DNA of 64,000 nt from Pelagibacterales bacterium SAG-MED20 (GTDB lineage: Bacteria; Pseudomonadota; Alphaproteobacteria; Pelagibacterales; Pelagibacteraceae): NCBI GenBank assembly GCA_014653975.1, contig JACWDR010000002.1, forward strand, positions 1,887-65,886. The letters are read 5' to 3'. The translations under genes and the position numbers were made by a program. A model generated the notes under the pieces. That model searched no databases. It was not told the origin of the DNA and worked only from the letters and a program-made list of their open reading frames with translations. Of the stretch, positions 9,885 through 18,887 are shown in pieces (the stretch's first letter is position 1; each line of letters starts with the position of its first letter).

Positions 9885-10901
9885 ATGATTAAAACAGATA
9901 CCTTAATAATAGGAGCAGGACCAGTGGGACTCTTCTGCGTTCATCAATTAGGAATAATTGGTTTGAAATGTGAAGTAGTTGATAATTTGGATAAAATTGG
10001 AGGGCAGTGTATAGAGCTTTATCCTGACAAACCAATTTATGATATCCCTGCGGTACCTGAATGTACAGGTGAAGAATTGACAAATAATTTAATCAAGCAA
10101 ATAGAACCATTTAAGGCAAACTTTCACCTTGATGAAAGAGTAGAAAAAATTGAAAAAGTAGAAAAAAAATGGATTGTTAAAACTAGTAAAGGAACTGAAT
10201 TTGAAGTTTCTAGCATAATTATTGCTGCCGGCGTTGGTTCTTTTGAACCAAGAAAGTTTCCAACTAAAGATGCTGAGAAATATGAAGGAAAACAAGTTCT
10301 TTATTCAATTAGAGATAAAAAAATTTTTAAAGATAAAACAGTGACCATATTTGGAGGAGGAGACTCAGCTTTGGATTGGGCAATTGAATTATCAAATACT
10401 TCGAAGATTATATTAGTCCATAGAAGAGATGACTTTAGAGGGATGCAAGCAAGTATTGATAAAATAAACCAGCTAAAAGAAGAAGGCAAAATAAAAATTT
10501 ATACAAAATATCAATTGGACTCAGTTAAAGGAAAGGAAAGAATTGAAAATATTTGTATTAAGCATGATGACGAAAGTGTAAAAGAGTTAAAAACTGATTT
10601 CGTTTTAGGTTTTTTTGGATTGATAATGCAACTTGGACCGATTGCAGAATGGGGATTAAATTTAGATAAAAAAACAGTGCCAGTTAATACAGAAAACTTT
10701 GAAACTAACAAAGAAGGTATTTTTGCAATTGGTGATATTTGTACTTACCCTGGAAAATTAAAATTAATTCTATCTGGTTTTCATGAAGGAGCATTAGCAG
10801 CTAGAGGTTGTTTTAAATATGCTAGACCAGATGAAAAGTTAAGATTTGAATTTACTACAACATCCAAAGCTGCTCAAGAAAGACTTGGTATAAAAAAGTG
10901 A
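9885..10901 (+). CDS. Ferredoxin-NADP+ reductase, thioredoxin-reductase-like (YumC type)
   Basis: GAGPVG, GGQCIELYPDKPIYDIP, GGGDSALDWA, YPGKLKLILSGFHE; no CxxC. Confidence 0.9.
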   Translation: MIKTDTLIIGAGPVGLFCVHQLGIIGLKCEVVDNLDKIGGQCIELYPDKPIYDIPAVPECTGEELTNNLIKQIEPFKANFHLDERVEKIEKVEKKWIVKTSKGTEFEVSSIIIAAGVGSFEPRKFPTKDAEKYEGKQVLYSIRDKKIFKDKTVTIFGGGDSALDWAIELSNTSKIILVHRRDDFRGMQASIDKINQLKEEGKIKIYTKYQLDSVKGKERIENICIKHDDESVKELKTDFVLGFFGLIMQLGPIAEWGLNLDKKTVPVNTENFETNKEGIFAIGDICTYPGKLKLILSGFHEGALAARGCFKYARPDEKLRFEFTTTSKAAQERLGIKK

Positions 10902-11524
10902 TAGAACTATTTAGTTCTGACACCCCAAATGGAAAAAAAATTACAATACTATTAGAAGAAATAGGCTGTGATTTTAAGATTACATTGATGGACTTATCAA
11001 AAGATGATCAATTTAAACCTAGTTTTAAAAAAATAAGTCCATTTAGCAAAATACCTGTAATAATTGATCATGAAAATAAAACATCTGTTTTTGAGTCTGG
11101 TGCAATTCTTATATATTTAGCAGAAAAATATAATAAGTTTTATGAAGTTAAAGACCGTAATATTATAAACCAATGGTTAATGGCACAGATGGGAATAATT
11201 GGACCAATGCTTGGACAACATCACCAGTTCCACCATTATAATCCTGGCAAAAGCAATTTTGGAGAAGAAAGGTTTTTTAAAATTGCTAAAAGACTTTACA
11301 GTGAGCTTGATGAGAGACTATCCAAATCAAAATACTTGGCTGGTGATGATTATACAATTGCAGATATTGCAACGTGGCCTTGGATAGCAAGACATGAATG
11401 GCATGATATTGGTCTTAAAAATTACATAAATTTATCAAAATGGTATATCAATATTTCTAAAAGAGAAGCTGTAATAAAAGGCTATCAGTTTAAAAATAAA
11501 AAAGACCTTCCTCCCCAACCTTAA
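10898..11524 (+). CDS. Glutathione S-transferase (YfcG/YghU-like)
   Basis: TPNG, SPFSKIP, FESGAILIYLA, YTIADIATWPW. Confidence 0.92.
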   Translation: MIELFSSDTPNGKKITILLEEIGCDFKITLMDLSKDDQFKPSFKKISPFSKIPVIIDHENKTSVFESGAILIYLAEKYNKFYEVKDRNIINQWLMAQMGIIGPMLGQHHQFHHYNPGKSNFGEERFFKIAKRLYSELDERLSKSKYLAGDDYTIADIATWPWIARHEWHDIGLKNYINLSKWYINISKREAVIKGYQFKNKKDLPPQP

Positions 11525-11528
11525 ATAT

Positions 11529-11624
11529 TTAACCCATCAGTTTATATAAAGAGGTTAAAATACCATTGCCAGATAACTCTATAACTAATATAATAACAAT
11601 TATTAATATTAATTTTTTGTTCAT
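11529..11624 (-). CDS. Putative 31-aa membrane microprotein (MNKKLILIIVIILVIELSGNGILTSLYKLMG), absent from the ORF track
   Basis: Translated by hand; its ATG overlaps the TGA of the upstream small ORF (ATGA 11624-11621); basic N-terminus then hydrophobic helix. Confidence 0.5.
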   Translation of the reverse strand: MNKKLILIIVIILVIELSGNGILTSLYKLMG

Positions 11625-11743
11625 TTAATGAATAAATATAATAATAAAACTATCCAAATAAAAGTATAATAATAATAAATATATTTTTTAGCAAAAAGAA
11701 ATGAAATTGATTTTTGTTTGGTAACTTTTTTTTGCTTAATCAT
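11621..11743 (-). CDS. Putative 40-aa membrane microprotein (MIKQKKVTKQKSISFLFAKKYIYYYYTFIWIVLLLYLFIK)
   Basis: ATG at 11743 overlaps the dksA stop (ATGATTAA); basic N-terminus and C-terminal hydrophobic helix. Confidence 0.5.
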   Translation of the reverse strand: MIKQKKVTKQKSISFLFAKKYIYYYYTFIWIVLLLYLFIK

Positions 11744-12236
11744 CAGCGTAAACTTTTTCCTCTTTTTCATGTTTTTCTTGAGCCGCAATACAGAGATCGG
11801 CAACAGGTCTTGCCATTAATCTTTTTAAACCTATAGGTTCAGCAGTTTCTAAACAAAATCCGTATGTACCATCTCTAACTCTTAATAAGGCCTGATCAAT
11901 TTTAGAAATTAATTTAATTTGTCTATTAATAGCTTTCATTTCTACAGTTTTATCAGTGTAAGAACTTGCTTGATCAACAATATCAGCTGAAACGCTATTG
12001 TCATCAATTGAACCACTGTATAGAGCATCATTGTTTGATTTTACTAATTCTTTTTTCCATTCTGTAAGTTTTATTTTAAAAAAAATAAGGTGTTTTTCAC
12101 ACATATATTTTTCAGTGTCTTTTGGTACGTATGTTTTTGAAATTTTAGTTGGTGTTTTTACTTTTTTTTCAACTGAGCTAGTTTTTTTTGATTTAGAGCT
12201 ATTTTTTTTATTAGGTTGTTTTGAGATTTTGGGCAT
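11736..12236 (-). CDS. dksA: RNA polymerase-binding transcription factor DksA
   Basis: DIVDQAS coiled-coil tip, GTYGFCLETAEPIGLKRLMARPVADLC (two-Cys, alphaproteobacterial type); ATG 12236. Confidence 0.95.
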   Translation of the reverse strand: MPKISKQPNKKNSSKSKKTSSVEKKVKTPTKISKTYVPKDTEKYMCEKHLIFFKIKLTEWKKELVKSNNDALYSGSIDDNSVSADIVDQASSYTDKTVEMKAINRQIKLISKIDQALLRVRDGTYGFCLETAEPIGLKRLMARPVADLCIAAQEKHEKEEKVYADD

Positions 12237-12315
12237 TTTTTTAAATTTTCGATTGCGGAGTATAATCAGCAATTAGTAGGTGTCAAGTTAGCTTAATTCA
12301 TATAAAAAACACTAA

Positions 12316-13638
12316 ATGACACTTAATAAAAAAAATATACAAAATTTATTTTACATATTTATTACATCTCATTTAATTTTGTGGACAGTGGTTCCATCAT
12401 TAACAAATAATAATTTACCACTCGATACAATTGAGGCTTTAGCTTGGGGAAGTAATTTAGATTGGGGTTTTAATAAACATCCACCAGCAAGTGCTTTTTT
12501 TTTAGAAATCTTTTATCAATTATTTGGCACAAACGACTGGGCATATTATTTATTGAGTCAAATATTTGTTGTGACAGCTTTTTTTATTGTATTCAAATTT
12601 TCAGAAGAGCTATTTAAAGACAGAACCTTGAGTCTAATATCAGTTCTATTACTTGAAAGTATATATTTTTACAACTTTACTACCCCGGAATTTAATGTAA
12701 ATATTTGCCAATTACCTTTCTGGGCTCTTTGCGTTTATTACTCCTGGAAGTTGTTTGACAAACAAAAAGTAATTTTTATGGACTGTTTTTGGCTAGGAGT
12801 ATTTGCAGCTATTGGTTTTTTGTCAAAATATCTTTTTATTTATCTTTTAATAACAATAGATTTATTATTTTTTTATATAATCTTCATAAAAAGATATAAA
12901 AAATTCGATTTTAAATATTTGATATCTCTCGAAGTTTTTATTATTTTATTAGTACCCCATTTAATTTGGTTAACAAACAATGATTATGTGACTATTACTT
13001 ATGGGTTAACTAGAACTGGATTAGAAAATTCAAATTTATTAGATCACATAATTTATCCATTAATATTTTTAAGCAAACAAATTGGAATATTAATCCTATT
13101 TTTTACTATGTCTTTTTTTTTAATTAAAAAATTTAAATTCAAAATATCTTTAAAAGATAAGAAGCTATTGTTTCTGATATTTATTAATTTAGTCCCAATA
13201 GGATTAATGCTCTTAACTTCAGTGGTGACGGGATCAAAAGTAAGAACAATGTGGATGACACCGTTTTATTTATTCTTTGGTGTTTTAATTGTTTATATTT
13301 TTCAAGACCAAATAAATTTAAAAAAGTTAAATAGGTTTATGTCAGTGTTTCTAGTTTTATTTATCTTTTCACCTTTTGCCTATGGCTATATTTCAATAAC
13401 TGAAAAGGATAAAAGAACTGATTATCAAGGAAAAAAAATTTCAATAAAAGTTCAAAATGAATGGAATAAAGAGCATAGTGATCCAATTAATGTTGTGCTT
13501 GGAAACGAATGGAGTGCTGGAAATTTATCATATCATCTAAAATCTAGGCCTATTTGGGTAGGTGTTATATCGCAAGACAAATTAAACTCGTTAACTAAGT
13601 TTATATGTATTGATAATATTTGTGTAGGAAATAGATGA
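12316..13638 (+). CDS. GT-C fold polyprenyl-phosphate-sugar transferase (GT39/ArnT/RgtA-D-like)
   Basis: Multi-TM protein, DTIEALAWG...WGFNKHPP first-loop motif, GFLSKY. Confidence 0.85.
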   Translation: MTLNKKNIQNLFYIFITSHLILWTVVPSLTNNNLPLDTIEALAWGSNLDWGFNKHPPASAFFLEIFYQLFGTNDWAYYLLSQIFVVTAFFIVFKFSEELFKDRTLSLISVLLLESIYFYNFTTPEFNVNICQLPFWALCVYYSWKLFDKQKVIFMDCFWLGVFAAIGFLSKYLFIYLLITIDLLFFYIIFIKRYKKFDFKYLISLEVFIILLVPHLIWLTNNDYVTITYGLTRTGLENSNLLDHIIYPLIFLSKQIGILILFFTMSFFLIKKFKFKISLKDKKLLFLIFINLVPIGLMLLTSVVTGSKVRTMWMTPFYLFFGVLIVYIFQDQINLKKLNRFMSVFLVLFIFSPFAYGYISITEKDKRTDYQGKKISIKVQNEWNKEHSDPINVVLGNEWSAGNLSYHLKSRPIWVGVISQDKLNSLTKFICIDNICVGNR

Positions 13639-14516
13639 AAAAAATAAAAATATTAATTCCTGTTTACAATGATTGGCAATCTGTTTTTAAACTTTTGGAA
13701 AATATAGATCAGGGCCTCGAAGGCTGGGATGATGGTGTAGCCCATATATCTGTTATAATTGTTAACGACTCGTCAACAGAGGAAAAACCAATTAATAACT
13801 CTACTTTTAATAGTTTAAAGTCAATTCAAGTTATCAATATGAAAGAAAATAAGGGCCATGCTAGATGTATCGCTGCTGGCCTTAAACATATCAGCGAGAA
13901 TAATAATTTTGACTTAGTTATTCCTATGGATGCAGATGGAGAAGATAGACCTGAAGAGCTTGGAATACTTCTTTGTAAAGCTTATGAACTTCCAGATAAA
14001 GTTATTACCGCCAATAGAATCAAAAGATCTGAAGGGCTTATTTTTAAGTTTTGCTATTTAGTCCATAAGTATTTAACTTTTATATTTACTGGTCAATCTA
14101 TCAAATATGGCAATTACACATGTCTTCCTAAATCTATAGTTAGTGAGCTAGTTAATGAACCAGCCACTTGGAGTAGTTTTTCAGGATCATTGGCAAAAAT
14201 ATCGAAAGATAGAAAGTCTATTCCATCTATAAGAGGAAAAAGATATTTTGGTCCTTCTAAAATGAGTTTTGTTAATTTATTAAAGCACTCTCTTTCAATT
14301 ATTGCAGTTTTTAAAACAACACTATTAATTAGATCTATATTATTTTTAATTGTTTACTTATTTTTAATGATAGGAAAAATTTCAATCATCACGATAATAC
14401 CAGTTATAGCAGTTATTATTATGATGTTGTCAGTTATCACTTTATCAAGGAGAGAAAATATGTCAGAATATGATAGTTCATTAGAGAACATTGAAAGTAC
14501 AGACAAAATTAAATAA
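13635..14516 (+). CDS. GT2 glycosyltransferase (polyprenyl-phosphate glycosyltransferase-like)
   Basis: IPVYND, VNDSS, NKGHAR, MDADGED, C-terminal TM helices; ATGA overlap with the GT39 gene. Confidence 0.88.
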   Translation: MKKIKILIPVYNDWQSVFKLLENIDQGLEGWDDGVAHISVIIVNDSSTEEKPINNSTFNSLKSIQVINMKENKGHARCIAAGLKHISENNNFDLVIPMDADGEDRPEELGILLCKAYELPDKVITANRIKRSEGLIFKFCYLVHKYLTFIFTGQSIKYGNYTCLPKSIVSELVNEPATWSSFSGSLAKISKDRKSIPSIRGKRYFGPSKMSFVNLLKHSLSIIAVFKTTLLIRSILFLIVYLFLMIGKISIITIIPVIAVIIMMLSVITLSRRENMSEYDSSLENIESTDKIK

Positions 14517-15904
14517 AAAAAATAATTATAATCCTTACTTTAAGCTTATTAACTTCAACCAATCTATTTGCTTCTGAGGCCTCCAACCAAAATAAATTCA
14601 ATCAATGGCTTTTGAAAAATGGCCACTCTCAATATTTAAAAGATGGGGGTGCTAAGGTTGATATTTGTGCAACATTTAAAAAAAATAGTGATGCTTGGTT
14701 AAATGAAGAATGTGGGAATTATCCCAAAGGAAAAATGATAACGATGAACAATCTAAAAATCAAGTTAGCTAATAAAGCATTATCAGCAACTAATATTACT
14801 TATCATGCAAACCCAAATAGAGACACCCTGATTTATTATTTATGGAAATATTCTTATAGGGATAGAGGTTCACATTTAAAAGAATTTAAACCGACAAATA
14901 GTTCCTACGATTTTAAATTCAACTTAATTGAAGATGAATATTTAAAAAAACAAATGAAAACTAAAGGCATCCTTAGTTATTTATATTATCAAGATGGTGA
15001 GGTATTGATTGACGAACTTTCTCCTAAAGAAAGACTGGGAGAGTTTTTAAATAATGAAACAAAATTTTATTCAATGTCAATGGGTAAGTCAGTAACTGCT
15101 TATTTACTAGGTCATGCAATATGTGATGGCTACATTGATGGAGTTGATGCAAGAGTAAATGACTGGCCTATAATAAAAGATTCACTTTATCATGATCAAA
15201 AATTAATTAATTTTTTAAATATGAATACTGGTGATCAAAAATATATCGATGAATTTGACGATGGTACAAGTAAATTAGGTGCATATGAAGATAGAGATAT
15301 TGAAACAACTATGCGCTTACACTTTAGAAACAAAAATACAAAAAAATCTAAGGAAAGATACAATTATAATGGATTTGTTACTCAGTTAATTTTAAACTAT
15401 ATGAAATTTAAAGTCGGTGAAGATTATGACAAATTTTATAGCAAAGTTTTTAATGATAAAATAAAGATCAAAAATAGCATTCGTTATGGCTATACTAGTT
15501 TTAAAGAACATTTTGGAAATGGACATCCCAACATAATGGCAACAAGATTTGACTACCTTAGAATAGCAAAAGCTATAATGGATGATTATCAGAATGATAC
15601 TTGTGTTGGAAAATATTTAAAAGAAATTTATAAAAGAAGAATACCAAAAGGAAGCAAAGAAAAAGAAAAGCCTTTATTTAATCGCACAAAATCATATGGG
15701 GGTCAATTTCATATGGATTTTCCAGGATTAAAAGACCAAATTATATTTGGCATGGGTGGCTATGGCGGGAATATGATTTTAATTGATGTGGAAAATTCAA
15801 GAATACTGATTGTTAATTCACTCCATTACAATAATAAACAATATAAATATAATCACAAAAAACTACTACATGACCCATTTAAAAACGGTAAACAAATTAA
15901 TTAA
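14513..15904 (+). CDS. Secreted serine hydrolase, beta-lactamase/PBP superfamily; apparent start codon is ATA
   Basis: SxxK (SMGK) and YxN motifs; frame open upstream of the track start to ATA 14513, giving signal peptide (M)KKIIIILTLSLLTSTNLFA/SE. Confidence 0.8.
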   Translation: MKKIIIILTLSLLTSTNLFASEASNQNKFNQWLLKNGHSQYLKDGGAKVDICATFKKNSDAWLNEECGNYPKGKMITMNNLKIKLANKALSATNITYHANPNRDTLIYYLWKYSYRDRGSHLKEFKPTNSSYDFKFNLIEDEYLKKQMKTKGILSYLYYQDGEVLIDELSPKERLGEFLNNETKFYSMSMGKSVTAYLLGHAICDGYIDGVDARVNDWPIIKDSLYHDQKLINFLNMNTGDQKYIDEFDDGTSKLGAYEDRDIETTMRLHFRNKNTKKSKERYNYNGFVTQLILNYMKFKVGEDYDKFYSKVFNDKIKIKNSIRYGYTSFKEHFGNGHPNIMATRFDYLRIAKAIMDDYQNDTCVGKYLKEIYKRRIPKGSKEKEKPLFNRTKSYGGQFHMDFPGLKDQIIFGMGGYGGNMILIDVENSRILIVNSLHYNNKQYKYNHKKLLHDPFKNGKQIN

Positions 15905-15916
15905 AAATTAAATATA

Positions 15917-17110
15917 GTGAAAAGAATTCTAATTGTTTTTTTATTCTTATTTTTAATACCAAACTTAACTTTTGCAGATTTTAAAAAGATTAAAAAAAAA
16001 GCTGTAGTTAATAATCCAGAAATTATTTTTCCAATTCCTAAAAATTTAAAAAAGTGCATTACTAACTCGTATGTAAATAAAGGAAATAATCCTGTTTTAC
16101 CGGTGATAAAAGTTGATGCTCCATCTGGTTATGGTCTGGATAATAGATTTAACTTTGCTTTGAATAAATTTGAAAATTTTAAACGTCCTTGTGGTGGAGG
16201 AAATGTTGAAGCTTGTGAGAATGTTAAAAGAGTGATTTTAGATTGGGCGAAAGCAGATGCAGCTCAAAGAACAGGACCTTCAGATCATGAGGCAAAACAT
16301 TGGAATGATACTTTAACAGTTAATCTTTACATTGCTTCTCCAATGATGGCTGGATATTCATTTGCAAAACAGAGAATAAGTGTCCCTGAAGAAGAAGACA
16401 AAATTATTAAAGATTGGTTTAAAAAAATTGTAAAAAAAAATCAGCATCTTATGTACGAGTTAAAAAGATATAAACAAGGTACACAAGCAATTGGTGTTCC
16501 TAGAAGTGCACACAATCATGCTTTATCATCTGCTATAAGTCATATGCAGCTAGGTATTTTATTAAATGATAATAAATTATTTAAAAAAGTTTTTAGAAAT
16601 TATGAGAATGCAATCAGATATCAAAGGAAAGATGGCAGTATGCCAATTGAAACTAGAAGAGGCGGTAGGGCAATTTTTTATCAAGGAAGAGCTATGACTG
16701 CATTAACTACCATAGCAATTATTGCTGAAAATCAGGGATACAATATTTGGGATTACGAATATAAAGGAAAAAATTTGCATAACTTGGTTAAGTTTTTTAT
16801 AGATTTTACAGAGAATAACGAAATTGTTTTTAAGTATGCTAAAGAAATGAAAGCCCCAGGACCTGCAAAAGATTACAAAAGACAAGATGTTAATGGTAGT
16901 TCAAGTAGTCAATGGGGTTGGCTTTATGCATATGCTTCACGATTTCCAAATCATGAAAATATTCAAAGACTTAAACTATGGTCTGTTAACTATAAAGATT
17001 TAAATAACTATCAAAGAAAAATAATTTCTAATTTTGATAATATTTTAAAAAGAAATGCAGGTACGTCCTCTTGGACAGTTGTGGAGCCAAGATGTCATTT
17101 TACTAAGTAG
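15917..17110 (+). CDS. Secreted alginate lyase family protein (PL5-like alpha/alpha toroid)
   Basis: Signal peptide MKRILIVFLFLFLIPNLTFA; HNH (NNH-like), QRKDGSMPIETRRG and a downstream Tyr (AIFYQ) resemble PL5 lyase motifs. Confidence 0.72.
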   Translation: MKRILIVFLFLFLIPNLTFADFKKIKKKAVVNNPEIIFPIPKNLKKCITNSYVNKGNNPVLPVIKVDAPSGYGLDNRFNFALNKFENFKRPCGGGNVEACENVKRVILDWAKADAAQRTGPSDHEAKHWNDTLTVNLYIASPMMAGYSFAKQRISVPEEEDKIIKDWFKKIVKKNQHLMYELKRYKQGTQAIGVPRSAHNHALSSAISHMQLGILLNDNKLFKKVFRNYENAIRYQRKDGSMPIETRRGGRAIFYQGRAMTALTTIAIIAENQGYNIWDYEYKGKNLHNLVKFFIDFTENNEIVFKYAKEMKAPGPAKDYKRQDVNGSSSSQWGWLYAYASRFPNHENIQRLKLWSVNYKDLNNYQRKIISNFDNILKRNAGTSSWTVVEPRCHFTK

Positions 17111-18383
17111 CTTTAATTGTTGGCAAGCAATAAAAATCAGCCGTATCTATCTTAGAAGAATGATCTCTTCTCATATTCCACCTTTTGTTTACTCCAGCAC
17201 TAGCTAAGCTTAGTGTTGACCTTCCGTATCTATAATTTGTACTATCAATAGATTTCATTAAGCCCTTTATTTTTTCATCTTTTTCTGAAGAGAATAAATT
17301 TTTGCTACTATCTGAACCAGTTAAGCCAGTTAATGTTATTCCTGCTTTTTGATATCTATATCCATCTATAAAAATTTCTTTTAATGCAATCAAAGCAGTT
17401 TTAACTATTTCAATACTGTTATTAGTAGCTATTGGAAAATCTATAGTTTTAGCATTGGAATAATACACTCCTTTATTTTGAAAAGGACTTGTTCTAACAG
17501 ACACAGTTACTGATTTTGCAATTAAAGATTCTGATCTAATTTTTTCTGAAGCATTTAAACAATAACTTGCAACTGCTTCTTGAAGTTCTTGAAATTTTTC
17601 AACCCTAGTACCAAATGATCTTGATACTACACAACTTTTTCTTTTTGAAGCCTTAGTTTCTAATGGGATGCAAGGAATACCTCTAAGTTCTAATGCAGTT
17701 CTAGAACTTAAAACATTAGAATTTTTTTTAATCCAAGTGTTTGATATATTCTTTAACTGTTTAGCATTATAAATTCCATTTTGATGATAAAATTTTGTCA
17801 TCTGTTTACCAACCCCCCATACATCATTGATATCTATTTTTTCTAATAGTGGATCAATATTTTCAATACCTATCAAGTTAGTTACACCAGATTGTTTTTT
17901 TTTTGCTATATGATTTGCAATCTTGCTTAAAGTTTTTGTTTTAGCAATACCAATACTTGTAGGTATTCCTGTCCATTGTAAAACAATACTTCTAATTTCT
18001 TTTCCAACATCTTCAACTTCATTATCAGGATAGTTACTTAAATCTAAAAAAGCTTCATCGATAGAATATATTTCTAATTCAGGATTGAATCTCTTTAAAG
18101 TTCTCATTACCCTTCTAGATAAATCTCCATATAAAGAATAGTTTGAAGAAAATACATAAACTTTATTTTTAAGTATTATATCTTTAGCTTTAAAGTAAGG
18201 CTCTCCCATTTTAATTCCAAGAGCTTTTGCTTCAGTTGATCTTGAAATTATACAGCCATCATTATTAGATAAAACGACCACAGGTTTATTTCTAATTTTA
18301 GGATTAAATAATCTCTCACAAGAAACATAAAATGAATTACAATCTACTAATGCTATTTTTTTAGTACGCTGAATGGATGACAT
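17103..18383 (-). CDS. umuC: Y-family DNA polymerase V catalytic subunit
   Basis: LVDCNSFYVSCE, VVLSNNDGC, YSIDEAF, SRSFG; C-terminal W-MRR. Confidence 0.95.
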   Translation of the reverse strand: MSSIQRTKKIALVDCNSFYVSCERLFNPKIRNKPVVVLSNNDGCIISRSTEAKALGIKMGEPYFKAKDIILKNKVYVFSSNYSLYGDLSRRVMRTLKRFNPELEIYSIDEAFLDLSNYPDNEVEDVGKEIRSIVLQWTGIPTSIGIAKTKTLSKIANHIAKKKQSGVTNLIGIENIDPLLEKIDINDVWGVGKQMTKFYHQNGIYNAKQLKNISNTWIKKNSNVLSSRTALELRGIPCIPLETKASKRKSCVVSRSFGTRVEKFQELQEAVASYCLNASEKIRSESLIAKSVTVSVRTSPFQNKGVYYSNAKTIDFPIATNNSIEIVKTALIALKEIFIDGYRYQKAGITLTGLTGSDSSKNLFSSEKDEKIKGLMKSIDSTNYRYGRSTLSLASAGVNKRWNMRRDHSSKIDTADFYCLPTIKAT

Positions 18384-18756
18384 AAGTCACAACCCCCCAA
18401 ATGAATATTTCAGACTCATCACCAATGATTATTTTATCTTCAATATTTTTTGAACCTGATGTTAAAAATTGTCCATCTTTCGATTTAATAAAACTTTTAA
18501 CAACTAATTCATCATGAACATTTGCAACAACAGTTGAAAAGTTTTTAGGCTTTAAGCTTCTATCAATAACCAATAGGTCACCATCATAAATACCAACATC
18601 AGTCATTGATTTCCCTTGAACTCTAATGATGAAAGTAGCTGGAACATTTTTAATTAGATGAACATTAAGGTCTACATCTTCTTCGATGTAATCTGTTGCA
18701 GGAGATGGAAAGCCAGCCCCAGCTTTATGCAGATAAAAGGGAATAGTTAATTTCAT
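18361..18756 (-). CDS. umuD: DNA polymerase V subunit UmuD (S24 autopeptidase)
   Basis: AGFPSPA cleavage motif, catalytic Ser (GKSM) and Lys (VVKS); directly upstream of umuC. Confidence 0.94.
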   Translation of the reverse strand: MKLTIPFYLHKAGAGFPSPATDYIEEDVDLNVHLIKNVPATFIIRVQGKSMTDVGIYDGDLLVIDRSLKPKNFSTVVANVHDELVVKSFIKSKDGQFLTSGSKNIEDKIIIGDESEIFIWGVVTYVIHSAY

Positions 18757-18803
18757 GTTCTTGTTTTGTTCTTATTTATAGACTAGTTATACAATACACG
18801 CAA
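18757..18803 (-). promoter_or_regulatory. umuD promoter with alphaproteobacterial LexA box
   Basis: Minus strand: TTGCGT-N17-TATAAA (18803-18775), then GAAC-AAAACAA-GAAC (18771-18757) directly abutting the ATG. Confidence 0.82.
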
Positions 18804-18878
18804 GAGATTGTATTTTGAGTCTGTAACTGAATCAAAGGTGAATCAAAACGTGAACATCTAAACTACATTTTGTAGCCT

Positions 18879-18887
18879 TGTGGATAA
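18879..18887. promoter_or_regulatory. Consensus DnaA box
   Basis: TGTGGATAA, the reverse complement of TTATCCACA, in intergenic DNA. Confidence 0.45.

Noticed and set aside
11744-11803. Track's 60-aa version of the ORF at 11621..11803
   Set aside because: The extension lies inside dksA; ATG 11743 overlapping the dksA stop is the more plausible start
14513-15904. Antibiotic-resistance beta-lactamase
   Set aside because: SxxK and YxN are shared by esterases and amidases of the superfamily; no class-specific features seen
17103-18756. umuDC as marker of a prophage, ICE or plasmid
   Set aside because: No integrase, att-like repeats, tRNA or phage structural genes; composition matches the backbone
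18879-18887. Replication origin
   Set aside because: Only one DnaA box seen, and no dnaA, hemE or parAB context
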